Source: Candidatus Nomurabacteria bacterium
GTDB lineage: Bacteria > Patescibacteriota > Minisyncoccia > Phycocordibacterales > UBA918
NCBI GenBank assembly: GCA_020632075.1
Contig: JACKGH010000001.1
Span: 537,778 to 601,777 of the forward strand
Direction: 5' to 3'
DNA: 64,000 bases
The notes beneath the pieces are model-generated. The model ran no database searches and was not told where the DNA came from. It saw only the letters and a program-made list of their open reading frames with translations. This document shows positions 37,220 through 48,448 of the stretch, in pieces. Numbering within the stretch: the stretch's first letter is position 1; each line of letters starts with the position of its first letter. A program made the position numbers and the translations under genes.

Positions 37220-38479
37220 TTATTTAATAACCGGATACGGAATCGGAATAATAAATTTGCCACCCCTTTTGGAATATTCTGAAAGGTTTTTCATTATTTC
37301 GTCCGCAAAATTCCAAGCAAGGATAACTGCATAATCCGGCTGCGTTTCTAACAATTTCTCATCTCCATGTATGGGAATACGAGTGCCTGGAGTAAAAAGA
37401 CTCTGTTTAAAACTACTTTTCTCCGTGATAAAGTCAAAGTAATACGTGTCGATACCGCAATAATTAAGCAAAGTATTCCCTTTTGCTGGAGCCGAAATTC
37501 CGGCCACTGTCTTCCCCTCTTCCTTTATTGAGTCCAGAAGAGCTCGCAGCTCCTTCCTTTGCTTATAGACATCTTTCGCAAATTTTTCTAACCTCCGGAG
37601 ATCATAAACACCAAATCTTTCTTCTCCTTCTATTGCCTCAGTCACTCGAGCGGAGGTGTAATGAACTCCTTCATGTCCTACAAAGTATCGCAACGTTCCG
37701 CCGTGAATAGTTTGATGCTCAACATCAAAGAGCTCTAAGCCAAAACGTTTAAAATATTGAGCCATTGGTTTTACAGATAAGTAACCAATGTGTTGGTGAT
37801 AAATCGTGTCATACTCTACATGTTCAATCATATCAACAGCATATGGAGCTTCAATGACCAAAACACCGTCTTTATCCAAGAGAGTTATAATGCCTTTTGT
37901 TGCAGAATCAATATCGTGAAGATGTGCAAAAACATTGGTGCCAGTAACCACTTTTGCTTTACCTTTCTTTTCTACAATATCTTTTGCAATCTCATCAGAG
38001 AAAAAGTCAACAATGGTCTCAATTCCACTATCGATTGCTTTTTTTGCAACCCTCTCAGCAGGATCAACTCCCAACACTGAAAAGCCTTGTTCTTTGAATC
38101 CAGAAAGCAACACCCCCACATTACTTCCAATATCCACTGCCAAATCACCTTTGTTAAAATGAAATTTCTCTGCTATATCTGCAGCCATCTTTTTGTAATG
38201 AGCAACTCCACTGGTGGTAATGGAAGACTCGTACACATAATTGGTTTGATAGAGTATCTCAGGATTCACAAAGTAATCAATCTGAAGTAGACCACAGTCT
38301 TGACACGAAACAAGGCGCAGAGGGGAAAAGTGCTCTACGTGAGACAAACGATCCTGAGACAAAAAATCATCAGAATGTGGTTGCATGCCCAAATCCAAGA
38401 CCAAGGAAAGTTTATCTGATCTACACATATGACAGCTTTTTGCTACCTTACCAAAAAACTCTAGGTTCATCTTACTCAT
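37220..38479 (-). CDS. NDP-sugar C-methyltransferase-like: Zn-ribbon + class I MT + C-methyltransferase C-terminal domain (TylCIII/Methyltransf_13-14 architecture)
   Basis: N-terminal CHMCRSDKL...[11 protein letters not shown]4 motif; [19 protein letters not shown] motif I; ~419 aa. Confidence 0.55.
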   Translation of the reverse strand: MSKMNLEFFGKVAKSCHMCRSDKLSLVLDLGMQPHSDDFLSQDRLSHVEHFSPLRLVSCQDCGLLQIDYFVNPEILYQTNYVYESSITTSGVAHYKKMAADIAEKFHFNKGDLAVDIGSNVGVLLSGFKEQGFSVLGVDPAERVAKKAIDSGIETIVDFFSDEIAKDIVEKKGKAKVVTGTNVFAHLHDIDSATKGIITLLDKDGVLVIEAPYAVDMIEHVEYDTIYHQHIGYLSVKPMAQYFKRFGLELFDVEHQTIHGGTLRYFVGHEGVHYTSARVTEAIEGEERFGVYDLRRLEKFAKDVYKQRKELRALLDSIKEEGKTVAGISAPAKGNTLLNYCGIDTYYFDFITEKSSFKQSLFTPGTRIPIHGDEKLLETQPDYAVILAWNFADEIMKNLSEYSKRGGKFIIPIPYPVIK

Positions 38480-39471
38480 TGTTCTTTACTTACACTAGCA
38501 ATATCAGCATCTACCAAAATACTGACCAACTCCTTAAAAGTAGTTTTAGGCTCCCAGCCAAGCTTCTCTTTTGCCTTAGCAGGATTTCCGATCAAGACAT
38601 CTACCTCAGCAGGCCGGAAAAGTTGTTTCTTGATTTCCACATGATCCTCCCAATTTAATCCAACATGGGAGAATGCTTCCTCAAGAAACTCACGAACCGA
38701 GTGAGTCTCATTGGTGGCAAGTACATAGTCATCAGGCTCATCTTGTTGCAACATATGCCACATTGCTTCAACATATTCTGGAGCATAGCCCCAGTCTCTC
38801 TTTGCATCAATATTTCCTAGAAATATTTTTTCCTGTTTACCAGCCAAAATATTCGCTACCCCTCTGGAAATTTTTCTCGTCACAAAATTTGGACCCCTAC
38901 GTGGAGATTCATGATTGAAGAGTATGCCACTAGAAATGAACATTCCATATGACTCTTTGTAGTTTTTGCACATCCAGTGAGAATACAGCTTGGCCACCGC
39001 ATAGGGACTTCTGGGATAAAATGGAGTCATCTCAGTTTGCGGAGTCTCAACAACCTTCCCAAAAAGCTCAGACGTTGACGCTTGATAGATTCTTGTATTT
39101 TTCAAATCATTGTTACGAACAGCCTCAAGTATGCGAACCGTACCCAAACCAGTTACATCTCCTGTGTATTCAGGAATATCAAAACTAACCCTAACATCAC
39201 TCATTGCACCTAAGTTGTATATTTCATCTGGACGAGTTGTTTTGATAACTCTTTCCAAACCACTCGAGTCAGACAAATCACCATAGTGTAGGTGTAAATT
39301 ATCATGATCAGTTAAATAGCCCTGTTCACACATCCCATCATCGGAACCAATATAGTAATTACTAGAACGTCGAACGACGCCATGAACTTCATATCCTTTA
39401 TCCAGCAATAATTCAGCAAGGTAAGAACCATCTTGACCAGTAATACCTGTTATTAGCGCAACTTTAGACAT
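38476..39471 (-). CDS. gmd: GDP-mannose 4,6-dehydratase
   Basis: [37 protein letters not shown] matches the canonical GMD N-terminus; YxxxK present; ~330 aa. The ORF extends to 39495. Confidence 0.85.
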   Translation of the reverse strand: MSKVALITGITGQDGSYLAELLLDKGYEVHGVVRRSSNYYIGSDDGMCEQGYLTDHDNLHLHYGDLSDSSGLERVIKTTRPDEIYNLGAMSDVRVSFDIPEYTGDVTGLGTVRILEAVRNNDLKNTRIYQASTSELFGKVVETPQTEMTPFYPRSPYAVAKLYSHWMCKNYKESYGMFISSGILFNHESPRRGPNFVTRKISRGVANILAGKQEKIFLGNIDAKRDWGYAPEYVEAMWHMLQQDEPDDYVLATNETHSVREFLEEAFSHVGLNWEDHVEIKKQLFRPAEVDVLIGNPAKAKEKLGWEPKTTFKELVSILVDADIASVSKEQ

Positions 39472-39571
39472 ACAATATGGATATACCTGTAACAACTTAT
39501 CTGATTTGTAGTTACAGTATTATAACGTTTATTGAAAATATCACCATTCGAGGGAAAAACGATCACACTTT

Positions 39572-40306
39572 ATGAAAGCAACAAAGACTGTACTACTTTT
39601 AGGGGCCACAGGAGGAATAGGAGAAGCTATCACAAAATCTCTTTCAATAACAAACACGACCCTCCTATTACATGGAAAATCCAACGAAAAATTAGAATTA
39701 CTGAAGGCAAAACTTGCTGGACACGGAAACCAAGTCCATTTGCTTCCAGCAGATTTGTCTGACAAAACAGAGCTACAGCTATTCACAGAAAGTTTGTCCA
39801 AGCAAGTAGAAAAAATTGATTGGATAATATTTGCCGCGGGTTTTATTAATGAACACGAGTTTGAAGATAAATCTCCTCAAACGGAAGTTAAAACATTCAT
39901 GATCAATGCAGTAGCACCAACATACATCATCAAAAGTCAACTTGGAAATCTTGGTGAGGAGGGTGGAATTATTACAATCTCATCAACTGCTGCACTGTGG
40001 GGGAATCCAGAGTTTCCGATTTACGCCTCGTCAAAAGCCGCCCTAAACACTTTTACACAAATCGTAGCAAAACTATTTGGACACACAAAGAAAAGGGCGC
40101 TCACTGTTTGTCCCGGTGCCACAAACACACAAATGCGAGAACGCGTCGCAAAAGACTCAGAAACACAGCAGTCTCCAGAAATTATCTCTTCTCTCGTAAA
40201 AGAGATAATTTATTGTCCTGAAAAATATTCGAATGGCGATACTGTAGTTGTAAAAAATGGAAACGCAAGTAAGATTAAACACACTGAACCTGAACCACTA
40301 CACTAA
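39572..40306 (+). CDS. SDR-family oxidoreductase (short-chain dehydrogenase/reductase)
   Basis: LLLGATGGIGEAITKSL (TGxxxGIG); catalytic YASSKAAL. Confidence 0.75.
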   Translation: MKATKTVLLLGATGGIGEAITKSLSITNTTLLLHGKSNEKLELLKAKLAGHGNQVHLLPADLSDKTELQLFTESLSKQVEKIDWIIFAAGFINEHEFEDKSPQTEVKTFMINAVAPTYIIKSQLGNLGEEGGIITISSTAALWGNPEFPIYASSKAALNTFTQIVAKLFGHTKKRALTVCPGATNTQMRERVAKDSETQQSPEIISSLVKEIIYCPEKYSNGDTVVVKNGNASKIKHTEPEPLH

Positions 40307-40348
40307 ATTATGGTAGCCAGAGACCTGAAAACTGTTCTTTTGTGCCCC

Positions 40349-41155
40349 TTACTTTTTTACCGCCCTCACAATATATCTCATCTCACTGATCTTACTTACA
40401 CTTAACTCAAAGTCAGCAAAGTATTCTTTAACATCATCCAAAGTCAAGTTCATTAAATCTAAATGAACTTCTCCGATAAAAGCTTTGGCACACTCCTTAT
40501 TTTTTACATCTTTAAAGATAATTTCTTCTGCTCCTTCAATATCAAATTTAACGAGATCAAACTTTTTAATTTTCATTAAATTACATAAATCAAATAAAGA
40601 GAGCGTCTTAACACGTATCACTTCACTCCTTTCTTCTCTCCGCACAAGAGAGCTGCCAAGGGTGTTTCTTGATACATAAAGGTCCGTAAAACCTTCATCA
40701 GTACCTAGCGCAACCTGCAATGTTCTTACATTTGAAAACTGTGTGGCTTGTGCTCCAAGTCTGTTGTAGATAGTTTCGTTAGGCTCAATCGCTAGAATAG
40801 TTGCCTGAGGATACATTGCCGCATAGTAGATTGTAGAGTCGCCCCAATGGGCCCCCAGATCAAGGATCGATTTTGGATTAAAATCTAGTTGCCATTCATA
40901 CTCTTTTAGTACAAAGACCTCAGATAATACCGAAACATCCGAAGCCGATTTTAATTCAAGAGAAAAATGCTTACCATTATAGACACACTCTAAAGACCAA
41001 GCTTGTGAACTGTGTAACATTTTTTTATCTATGAAGAACAACCAGAAGCGGAACGTCAGTACAACCCCTTTGAAAAATTTTCTGTCGGATAGATTGAAGG
41101 ACAGAACAGGAGTATGTATAAAAAATAATTTTAAGTAATGATTCAATGACTTCAT
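40349..41155 (-). CDS. FkbM-family methyltransferase
   Basis: ILDLGAHWGDSTIYYA...ILAIEPNE...KFDLVKFDIEGAEEIIF. Confidence 0.6.
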   Translation of the reverse strand: MKSLNHYLKLFFIHTPVLSFNLSDRKFFKGVVLTFRFWLFFIDKKMLHSSQAWSLECVYNGKHFSLELKSASDVSVLSEVFVLKEYEWQLDFNPKSILDLGAHWGDSTIYYAAMYPQATILAIEPNETIYNRLGAQATQFSNVRTLQVALGTDEGFTDLYVSRNTLGSSLVRREERSEVIRVKTLSLFDLCNLMKIKKFDLVKFDIEGAEEIIFKDVKNKECAKAFIGEVHLDLMNLTLDDVKEYFADFELSVSKISEMRYIVRAVKK

Positions 41156-42267
41156 GAAACTTCGCGCAGGAGAAAACTCTTAATCAAACTAGCCCGCTCT
41201 TTCCAAGTATACTTTCTTGCGGAAGATTTGAGGTCTTCCGCAGCAGACTTTTTCTCTTCATAGTGAGCACGTACTTCCATGATAGCATTTCCCATGTCGA
41301 TCGGATTGTCGGGTGCACAGACAGTCACCTGCGGCGACTGGACCACAGAGATCAAGCTCGGAATATCAGTAACAACCATTGGAACACCAGAAGCCATGTG
41401 AGCAAAGAGTTTTAAGGGTGAAGTGTAGTGGCTTGAGAGCAATTCCTTCGCGGTATTTGGTACCACCAAGACATCGGCTGCTTGTTGATAATTTCGTAAC
41501 TCTCGATACGGCTTTGACCCCAAGAACTGCACTGTCGGATACTGAGCATGCAACACAACAATCTCGGATTCACTACCACCGATAGCGACAAACCTAACAT
41601 CTGGCGCATGCTGGGCAGCCTCAAAGAAAGTGTGAATACCCTTCCAAACATCAAATCCACCAATGTACATAGCAATGAAATCATCTCGATCAAGACCAAG
41701 CTTTTCCCTAGCTACTGATCTATCAAGCACTTGTGCATAGAAACCATCGTCAATACCATCCTCAGCTACCAACAGCTGTTCGGCTGGCACTGCATGTGTC
41801 TCATAGTACTTCTTGATTCCTTGCGAAATAACTACGACCTTCACCCCTTTTTGCAACAATCGTCGTGCGGCCAGATTAAACTTCGCTTCATGTGACTCCC
41901 ACACGAGCTGTGATGATTTAACAAAAAATGAAAGCAGCCACAATATCCATTCACTTCGAGCGTAAATGATATCGTACTGCCCAGGCCTCTTCCTAAAGAA
42001 AAAAGCGAAAGCAAAAATAAACTCCCGCACGTAAAACGATATTTTGTAGCGAGGATACAACCACTGTGGTGGTAAGGTGGTCACTGAAAAATGTGGAGTG
42101 AATCCAAACTGTTCTGCAACCTTTAACTCACTTGCATTGGCGTTCTCAGTCACATACAGATCAACCTCGCTACCAGCCTGAACAAACGCTTCACAATTGT
42201 GTGCGATCTGAGCGGCATGCGCTCGTTCGCTTGGGAAGCGAACGTTGGCGAGATAGGCGATTTTCAT
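41152..42267 (-). CDS. Glycosyltransferase family 4
   Basis: GT-B C-terminal domain ...FVAIGGSESE...ADVLVVPNTAKELLSSHYTSPLKLFAHMASGVPMVVTD. Confidence 0.65.
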   Translation of the reverse strand: MKIAYLANVRFPSERAHAAQIAHNCEAFVQAGSEVDLYVTENANASELKVAEQFGFTPHFSVTTLPPQWLYPRYKISFYVREFIFAFAFFFRKRPGQYDIIYARSEWILWLLSFFVKSSQLVWESHEAKFNLAARRLLQKGVKVVVISQGIKKYYETHAVPAEQLLVAEDGIDDGFYAQVLDRSVAREKLGLDRDDFIAMYIGGFDVWKGIHTFFEAAQHAPDVRFVAIGGSESEIVVLHAQYPTVQFLGSKPYRELRNYQQAADVLVVPNTAKELLSSHYTSPLKLFAHMASGVPMVVTDIPSLISVVQSPQVTVCAPDNPIDMGNAIMEVRAHYEEKKSAAEDLKSSARKYTWKERASLIKSFLLREVS

Positions 42268-42272
42268 AGTGA

Positions 42273-43319
42273 TTAGTTCTTCTTACCACTGGCGAGATGG
42301 CTAAAAAGGGTTTTGTAAAAGGCGTCGGCGCGGAGATAATGCTCGAAGGCTTGGCGCGCCTTCTGCTGCATTTCTACAAACTTTTCCTCCGATGTCCTCT
42401 CCCAGAAATCATTGACAATTTCAGGTATTTTTTCTATGTCATTGTAATCAACCCGAAGTATAAATGCATCATAATTAATCTCGTCCTCAAATGGTAACGG
42501 GGTATCAGTATCTACAAACAACGGCACTCTTCCTAGAGACAACACCTCAAAGAATCTGAGCGAGAAGTTTCCATCTCCCCTCACAACAAGAGGTAAGTGG
42601 GAGTTCTTAATAGAATCAATAAATTGCTGACGCAACACTTTTGGATCTCCCTGTATAGTACTCTTAGACGCTGAATATGATTTTCGTTTCTGTACACGCA
42701 GATTAATCGCGTTAGTTTTCGACAACACGGACAAAATTTTTCTCCTAAAATACAATCCTTGCCGTTCATATTGTTCTCTCTTACCGAAAAGTTCATTTAA
42801 AAAGGAGCGTAATAACCTCAGTCTGTACTTCATCTCTGCTGTTGTAGTTGGTAAATGGGTCATACCAGCAAACCCCACGGTCGGCAGCGCAGCCTTTGAA
42901 ATAGGCTCTACCCCATAACGCTCTCCTAAATCCTCTACGAATGGCGCAATTATAAATTCGTCCTTTACTAGTCTACTCCGATATTTCGCAGTTCTGAGAA
43001 TTGTTGCATTATCAAAAAGGATATCATCATGAGTGTCACCGTAGGCAAAAATAATGGTTTTCAGCCTATGCTGTTGTGCAAAGAGACCAGCTTCTTTTAG
43101 GTATGTGCCAGATGGGTCTTTTATAGAAAAATACGAGTGCGGAATCATCATGTAGTCAGCTCCTTGTTGTGTCGTAACAAACTGCACCATACGCTTAAAT
43201 GGGGCCGTGGGTACTTTTTGAAACAGTAAACCAGCCTCTTCCTCCACTGAAGTGAACAAATTTAACAAATAGGAATCCGGTGTTCCTTCCTCTCTTTTGT
43301 AAAGATAAATCTTCAACAT
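42273..43319 (-). CDS. Hypothetical; exostosin (GT47)-like glycosyltransferase
   Basis: C-terminal RFFEVLSLGRVPLFVDTDTPLPFEDEINYDAFILRVDYNDIEKIPEI resembles the exostosin C-terminal motif (R..EAL..GCIPV...LPF.D.IDW..FSV). From memory only. Confidence 0.35.
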   Translation of the reverse strand: MLKIYLYKREEGTPDSYLLNLFTSVEEEAGLLFQKVPTAPFKRMVQFVTTQQGADYMMIPHSYFSIKDPSGTYLKEAGLFAQQHRLKTIIFAYGDTHDDILFDNATILRTAKYRSRLVKDEFIIAPFVEDLGERYGVEPISKAALPTVGFAGMTHLPTTTAEMKYRLRLLRSFLNELFGKREQYERQGLYFRRKILSVLSKTNAINLRVQKRKSYSASKSTIQGDPKVLRQQFIDSIKNSHLPLVVRGDGNFSLRFFEVLSLGRVPLFVDTDTPLPFEDEINYDAFILRVDYNDIEKIPEIVNDFWERTSEEKFVEMQQKARQAFEHYLRADAFYKTLFSHLASGKKN

Positions 43320-43339
43320 AGATCATTTATAACCTAAAA

Positions 43340-45127
43340 TCAGGCTTTCATGCAGTACTTTATACACGCAACTCCTTGACCGGAAGAGATTGAGATCATC
43401 CTCTTAGATACTGAAGTCTCCAAGGTACCGCTGAGCTCTAGATCAGAAGATACGTCGGGCAGTACGTATACCAGTGAACCTTTTTGCGCGGCTGTTACAA
43501 TGATTTTCTCTTGTATAACTATGGCTGTCTCAGAGTAATTTATAATTCGCTCAAGTGAATAGCCTGATATTTTTTTTCCGTCTCTTCTGGCCAAACCAGC
43601 ATCTGACACGTTAATGGTAGCACCCCTGTGTTCAATCTTGACATCTGTGACGTACATCGAAGACGCGTGATTTTTTAAGGAGAATGTCTCTTGCCAAACG
43701 ATGCGCATCCTCTGCAAAAAACCAGAAATACTGAAAGCGCGTAATTCAATCCTGGCGTATATAAGCAACGCCTTTAAGTCCTTACCCCTAATCCTCCACC
43801 AGTACCCAGGATTTAAAACCGTCTCGGTAAGATGGAAGTTACCGGGAACACGAGACGGCAAAATTTTCATTTGCAAGAGGTTAGTAAACTTCATCTCCTT
43901 TGTACCAAAATACACCAAAGAACCTCCACCAATCATTGGACCCATAATGACTCGTCGAGGAGTCTTAGCTCCTCGTAAAATAAACGCAACCGCGCCATTG
44001 TTAACATTTACAATCCCTGATGGAGCGAGAGTACAATTGTGTGATACGGTTGGAGTAAAGCTTTTCTTTTCAAGATTTTTAACATCGTCAGCAATTCTTG
44101 TTAACCAGGCACAGTGCGAGTTCCAAAAATATTTACACTGAAAATTCACCTCACTACCGTAATGATCTATGAGAGAACCGTCTTCCTGTTGATGTCGATA
44201 CAGATGATTCAGTGCAAGCAAGGCATAATGAGCGTATTTGTCTTCGCCGGTTTGTCTGTAAGCACGTAAGAACGCATAAGCATCATAGGAGTTACTTGCT
44301 ACTTCGTAAGGCGAAAGGAAGTACCAATGCTTAGTCTCAAGAGCAATATTTTTAAGGCCGTCAGCTTGATACAAACCAATTAAGAAATCCGTGGCCAGGA
44401 GTAAGTCATGAATCTCTTTTGCCTGATCACCTCCCAACGAATCCAAAACGTGCCACAAAAAAACCACATGACGCGAATGGTAATAGGGGGTGATATCTTT
44501 GGCTGAAGAATCCATGCCGTATCCCTCATATGCTGTCACGTATGGGAAACTTCCATCTCCTCTCATTTCAGAAAGACTTCGAGAAACTGACGACCGTAAC
44601 GCTTCTGCCCACTCTGGCTTTTTAAAGAGAGTATATGCTGAAGCAAGACCCGTCGCTCCCCACAAACGCTGATTCGTAGGAGCTTTTTCTACTGAAGCTT
44701 CTGTAAGATAAGTGTCAGCATTTTTATACACTACTGATGAAATGCTCTCCCGTTCTTCTTTGGCAAGTTTTGAACCCGCCGACAATAAAAATGTGGCCAA
44801 CATATCTGTAGCAGCTCCAGCATCAATAACTCTCTGCGACATATTCCACTTCTCATTTCCATCCGGTAGATATACGTACCTACCCTCGACTTCAAACTGG
44901 CGAGATACTACCCGCATAGCTCGTTGACGAGCCCGGTTTAAATACTCCTCATCATTACCCTCCTCATGCAAAAACAAATCAATTGCAATCGAGTATGCCG
45001 TCTTGCCAATATGTTCGATACCATGTTTGTCACAAAAATTCCTTGAATGAGGATCAGTAGTACTGTTAAAGTAGTTTGACACTCCTCTCAAAAAATCCAA
45101 ATGTTTTTTATACGAAAAGTTACTCAT
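43340..45127 (-). CDS. Hypothetical; possibly alpha/alpha-toroid + beta-sandwich polysaccharide lyase/heparinase II/III-like
   Basis: 595 aa. Helical-repeat region rich in W/Y/H/N/Q (WYFLSPYEVASNSYDAYAFLRAY...NHLYRHQQEDGSL) followed by a beta-rich C-terminus. No firm motif. Confidence 0.3.
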   Translation of the reverse strand: MSNFSYKKHLDFLRGVSNYFNSTTDPHSRNFCDKHGIEHIGKTAYSIAIDLFLHEEGNDEEYLNRARQRAMRVVSRQFEVEGRYVYLPDGNEKWNMSQRVIDAGAATDMLATFLLSAGSKLAKEERESISSVVYKNADTYLTEASVEKAPTNQRLWGATGLASAYTLFKKPEWAEALRSSVSRSLSEMRGDGSFPYVTAYEGYGMDSSAKDITPYYHSRHVVFLWHVLDSLGGDQAKEIHDLLLATDFLIGLYQADGLKNIALETKHWYFLSPYEVASNSYDAYAFLRAYRQTGEDKYAHYALLALNHLYRHQQEDGSLIDHYGSEVNFQCKYFWNSHCAWLTRIADDVKNLEKKSFTPTVSHNCTLAPSGIVNVNNGAVAFILRGAKTPRRVIMGPMIGGGSLVYFGTKEMKFTNLLQMKILPSRVPGNFHLTETVLNPGYWWRIRGKDLKALLIYARIELRAFSISGFLQRMRIVWQETFSLKNHASSMYVTDVKIEHRGATINVSDAGLARRDGKKISGYSLERIINYSETAIVIQEKIIVTAAQKGSLVYVLPDVSSDLELSGTLETSVSKRMISISSGQGVACIKYCMKA

Positions 45128-46127
45128 GTAGAATTTTAGGGATTAAAGTTGACAAACTATGCTTACTAGAAACAAAGTTGACATAGTCATTTTGATGGAA
45201 AGGCGTCTTTTCAGATATAACCTTTTTAATCATTTGTACCATACCTGAGACATCCTTTACTTGAGCAAGACCTAGCGGCAGCGACTCTGTCCCCGGCGCC
45301 ATAGAAACCACCGGCAAGCCGCAGGCCATAGCTTCAAGGACTGCCTTATCCAAGCTGCCGTTTTGGGCCGCGGTCACAAATACTTTGGCTCTGGCGAGTG
45401 TTTCTGGCAGGCCTGCCTGTGGGATTCGCCCTAAGAACTGCACCGCATGCTCGAGATCATACTGTTCGATGTGTGAGCGTAGCTTGGCTTCGTAGGCGCG
45501 CTCACCTTCGGTGAGCGCACCTCCCACAATACTCAGTGTCACCTCATGCTCTTGGCGAACTTCACGCAAAATATCGATCAACGCAATCAGGTTCTTTGAT
45601 TCAGTGATCCGTCCGACCGTGATGAGGTCGAGATCTTTGGGGCCGGTTTGCGGAGCAAACCGGCCCGTATCGATCCCATGTCCGGTCACCACCACCTTCT
45701 TGCTTGGCAGCCGAAAACTCTCAGGTGAGCCTGTGAAGATGACATCTACTAGCTTCTCTGCCAGCCGCAATGACCAGGTTACCGTCCCATGCATGTACCA
45801 CAGTCCAACACGCTTTCTCCACAGCCGCCACAGCGGTGCACCGAGGAGGACATAGATCTGATTCATGTGCACAAAGACACTGTCGTGCTCATGACGCAGA
45901 CTGATGATCAATTTGTAAAAGCGAATCAAGTACGTGAGTCGACTCTTCCCCACTTCTTTTCCAAGCGAATATACTTTGACGTTATCTGGCAAAGCATGCG
46001 CTCCCTCTTGTAAGCAAATAACCGTCACCTGCTCACAGTGTTTTGCAAACTCCTCCAGCCACCGATGAAAAAAACCAAGAATCGGATGCTCTGTGTCTAC
46101 CACTTGTGTCACAATCAGTACTCTCAT
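45120..46127 (-). CDS. Glycosyltransferase family 4
   Basis: ...LSIVGGALTEGERAYEAKLRSH...VLEAMACGLPVVSMAPG. Confidence 0.7.
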   Translation of the reverse strand: MRVLIVTQVVDTEHPILGFFHRWLEEFAKHCEQVTVICLQEGAHALPDNVKVYSLGKEVGKSRLTYLIRFYKLIISLRHEHDSVFVHMNQIYVLLGAPLWRLWRKRVGLWYMHGTVTWSLRLAEKLVDVIFTGSPESFRLPSKKVVVTGHGIDTGRFAPQTGPKDLDLITVGRITESKNLIALIDILREVRQEHEVTLSIVGGALTEGERAYEAKLRSHIEQYDLEHAVQFLGRIPQAGLPETLARAKVFVTAAQNGSLDKAVLEAMACGLPVVSMAPGTESLPLGLAQVKDVSGMVQMIKKVISEKTPFHQNDYVNFVSSKHSLSTLIPKILHE

Positions 46128-46163
46128 AGCATTTGAAACGAAGTAACGTGGCCCAAAGTCACA

Positions 46164-47051
46164 CTACCGCTTGGCTACCACATCAAAGTGAACTGCACAG
46201 TAATACTTCAAGAACTTTGGTGTGATCAGCTCAAGTACTTTGTTGATCGGGTTTGCGATCACTGAACGCCAGAAATTGTCGAGAAAACGTGGCAAGAAAA
46301 TAAGCGACTTAGGAATCACGCTGTAGCCATACGGCTTCAGCTCAACTTCTGTAAAACCATCAAACAAGTGCATGATCTCACGCCGCCAGTAGTATCGGAC
46401 CGGACCGTTCTTGTACGGACGGCCAAGCAGATTGAGAATCGCTTGATAGATCATGCCTTGTAGACCCATTAAAGTTGCAACGCGCGGAAATGAAGAGTAG
46501 ATCAAAACGGTACCACCCGGCTTCACTACTCGCTTGATCTCAGCCATAGCCTTTTCGATAATACTCTTGTGGTTATGCAGAAAGACTGCACTCACCACCA
46601 CCACATCCACCGACTGGTTCTGGAGCGGCAGCGTATGGATGTCTGCATTCAAAAGCAGCAGCGGAGTTTTTTGTTCTTCATCACTGAGCCTATAGCGATC
46701 ACGAAAGAGCGCGAGCATCTGGTACGCACTGTCGACACCAACATACCCACCAAGTGGCATATCGGGTAGCAAGTACTTAGCCACCCGACCGTAGCCGGTG
46801 CCACAATCAAGCAACACATCCTCTGCCTTGAGGTGCCGCTTGATATCGTCGATCTGCGGCTTTGATTTCTCAGCAGCAGCAGCTTCATCTTGCGCTGAGA
46901 TCACTGCGTGAGTTGGATTCTCAACCGCCAACTTGTCCCAGACCGTCTTATCAGCAATTTCCTTAGTAACAAAAATACCATCGCGTTCGATAGTGGAATT
47001 CGGCTTCAGTTGTGCTTTCAGTGTATCAGTAGACATATCGTGGACCATCAT
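46164..47051 (-). CDS. Class I SAM-dependent methyltransferase
   Basis: VLLDCGTGYGRVAKYL motif I; ...VKPGGTVLI. Confidence 0.65.
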   Translation of the reverse strand: MMVHDMSTDTLKAQLKPNSTIERDGIFVTKEIADKTVWDKLAVENPTHAVISAQDEAAAAEKSKPQIDDIKRHLKAEDVLLDCGTGYGRVAKYLLPDMPLGGYVGVDSAYQMLALFRDRYRLSDEEQKTPLLLLNADIHTLPLQNQSVDVVVVSAVFLHNHKSIIEKAMAEIKRVVKPGGTVLIYSSFPRVATLMGLQGMIYQAILNLLGRPYKNGPVRYYWRREIMHLFDGFTEVELKPYGYSVIPKSLIFLPRFLDNFWRSVIANPINKVLELITPKFLKYYCAVHFDVVAKR

Positions 47052-47077
47052 ACCATCTCGCTCATACCCTGGCGAAC

Positions 47078-48421
47078 CTAGCTTTCCTCCTCTTCTTCAG
47101 CGAGTGTCGCTTCAACAAACATAGCTTCTTCGATACTGGTACGATATGCATCGAGATATTCAGACGGGTCATGATGAAACTTCTCTCTGATAAGCTCCTG
47201 ACCATTTTTCACAAATGTCTCACGAAGCGGAATGTCATTGAGCAGGTCATTGATACGGTCGGTAAAATCTTGAATGTTTGTTGGTTCACAAATAAACGCA
47301 GAAGCGCCCTGTTCGAAGATATCATCGCGCGCGTCAGTCTGAGACATGACCATCGGAATCCCAGCTGCCGCACCACGAAGCACGATCTCCTCACTTTCTG
47401 GATCGACATCAGTCACGATCAGCATGTTTGCTGATTTAAGATACGTATCAATATCTGCTCCTCTCTTCTCAAAAACCACTTGACGTTCAATACCAAGCAA
47501 CTTTGCTCGCTTCTCAAACTCTCCTTGTGCCGGACCTTCACCAATGACTACCATACCCACGCGCGGATTCTTGAGTACAAACCGAGCTGCATCAAGTGCT
47601 CGATAAAACGTACTTTCGTGCCCCAGCTTACCTACATAAAGAAGCACAAAAATGAACGGTCTATACTTCTCTTTCAGATCAATGTAAGCGGTACTACTGA
47701 TCAAACTTTCATAGTTTTGATATCGCGGCAACAATGCAACATCAGGTATGGTGAATTTTTTCTGTACCATAGTAAGGATCGAAGCGGTCAGTGTTCGAAC
47801 ACTCAAAAACTTCGGTATGGTGAAAACCGGCAAAAACAATCGGGAGAAGTTATGTGGACTTTTTTTGATGAATTCTGACGTACTGTAGTCATCAAGAATA
47901 TGCAGCTGCGTTGGGCGATTGTATTTCTTTCCAAGCATGTGCGCTACGATCGCAGACTCAAAAGGATCACGCGCAACGATCAAGTCTGGACGAAAACCAG
48001 CCGCAAACACCAACTGGTCTTCGGCCAATTCTTTCCCGGCTTTAGGAGTAAGCCACCAGTAATCTGAAGATGCTGTATACATCCACACATTATCTGCAAC
48101 GCGAAGTACTGGATTTTTGGGCGGAATTCCGTGTCGTAAGATCAAGATGTGCACCTCATCAAACAGGTCAGAAATGTCGATGTATCCATCCAGTGTTTGC
48201 TTGGTTGGGTTGAGGAGTTCAGTATTACGCGAGACAAAGAGCACGCGAGTAACGTCACGATTTGAAGCAGTGTGAAAGATGCGTTTACCACGCATTGCTT
48301 GCTCAGAAGTGACCGTTGGAACAGTAGATTTTTTACTTTTATCCTCACTGCGAATAATATACTGCAGCTCAGAAGCTGCTCGATCCGAAGCGTCAAAGTT
48401 AGAAAGATCACGACGTGCCAT
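47078..48421 (-). CDS. Glycosyltransferase family 4
   Basis: ...LLYVGKLGHESTFYRALDAARFVLKNPRVGMVVIGEGP...IVLRGAAAGIPMVMSQ. Confidence 0.7.
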   Translation of the reverse strand: MARRDLSNFDASDRAASELQYIIRSEDKSKKSTVPTVTSEQAMRGKRIFHTASNRDVTRVLFVSRNTELLNPTKQTLDGYIDISDLFDEVHILILRHGIPPKNPVLRVADNVWMYTASSDYWWLTPKAGKELAEDQLVFAAGFRPDLIVARDPFESAIVAHMLGKKYNRPTQLHILDDYSTSEFIKKSPHNFSRLFLPVFTIPKFLSVRTLTASILTMVQKKFTIPDVALLPRYQNYESLISSTAYIDLKEKYRPFIFVLLYVGKLGHESTFYRALDAARFVLKNPRVGMVVIGEGPAQGEFEKRAKLLGIERQVVFEKRGADIDTYLKSANMLIVTDVDPESEEIVLRGAAAGIPMVMSQTDARDDIFEQGASAFICEPTNIQDFTDRINDLLNDIPLRETFVKNGQELIREKFHHDPSEYLDAYRTSIEEAMFVEATLAEEEEES

Positions 48422-48448
48422 TACCGCTAGTATAGCAGGCTGTGCGCT

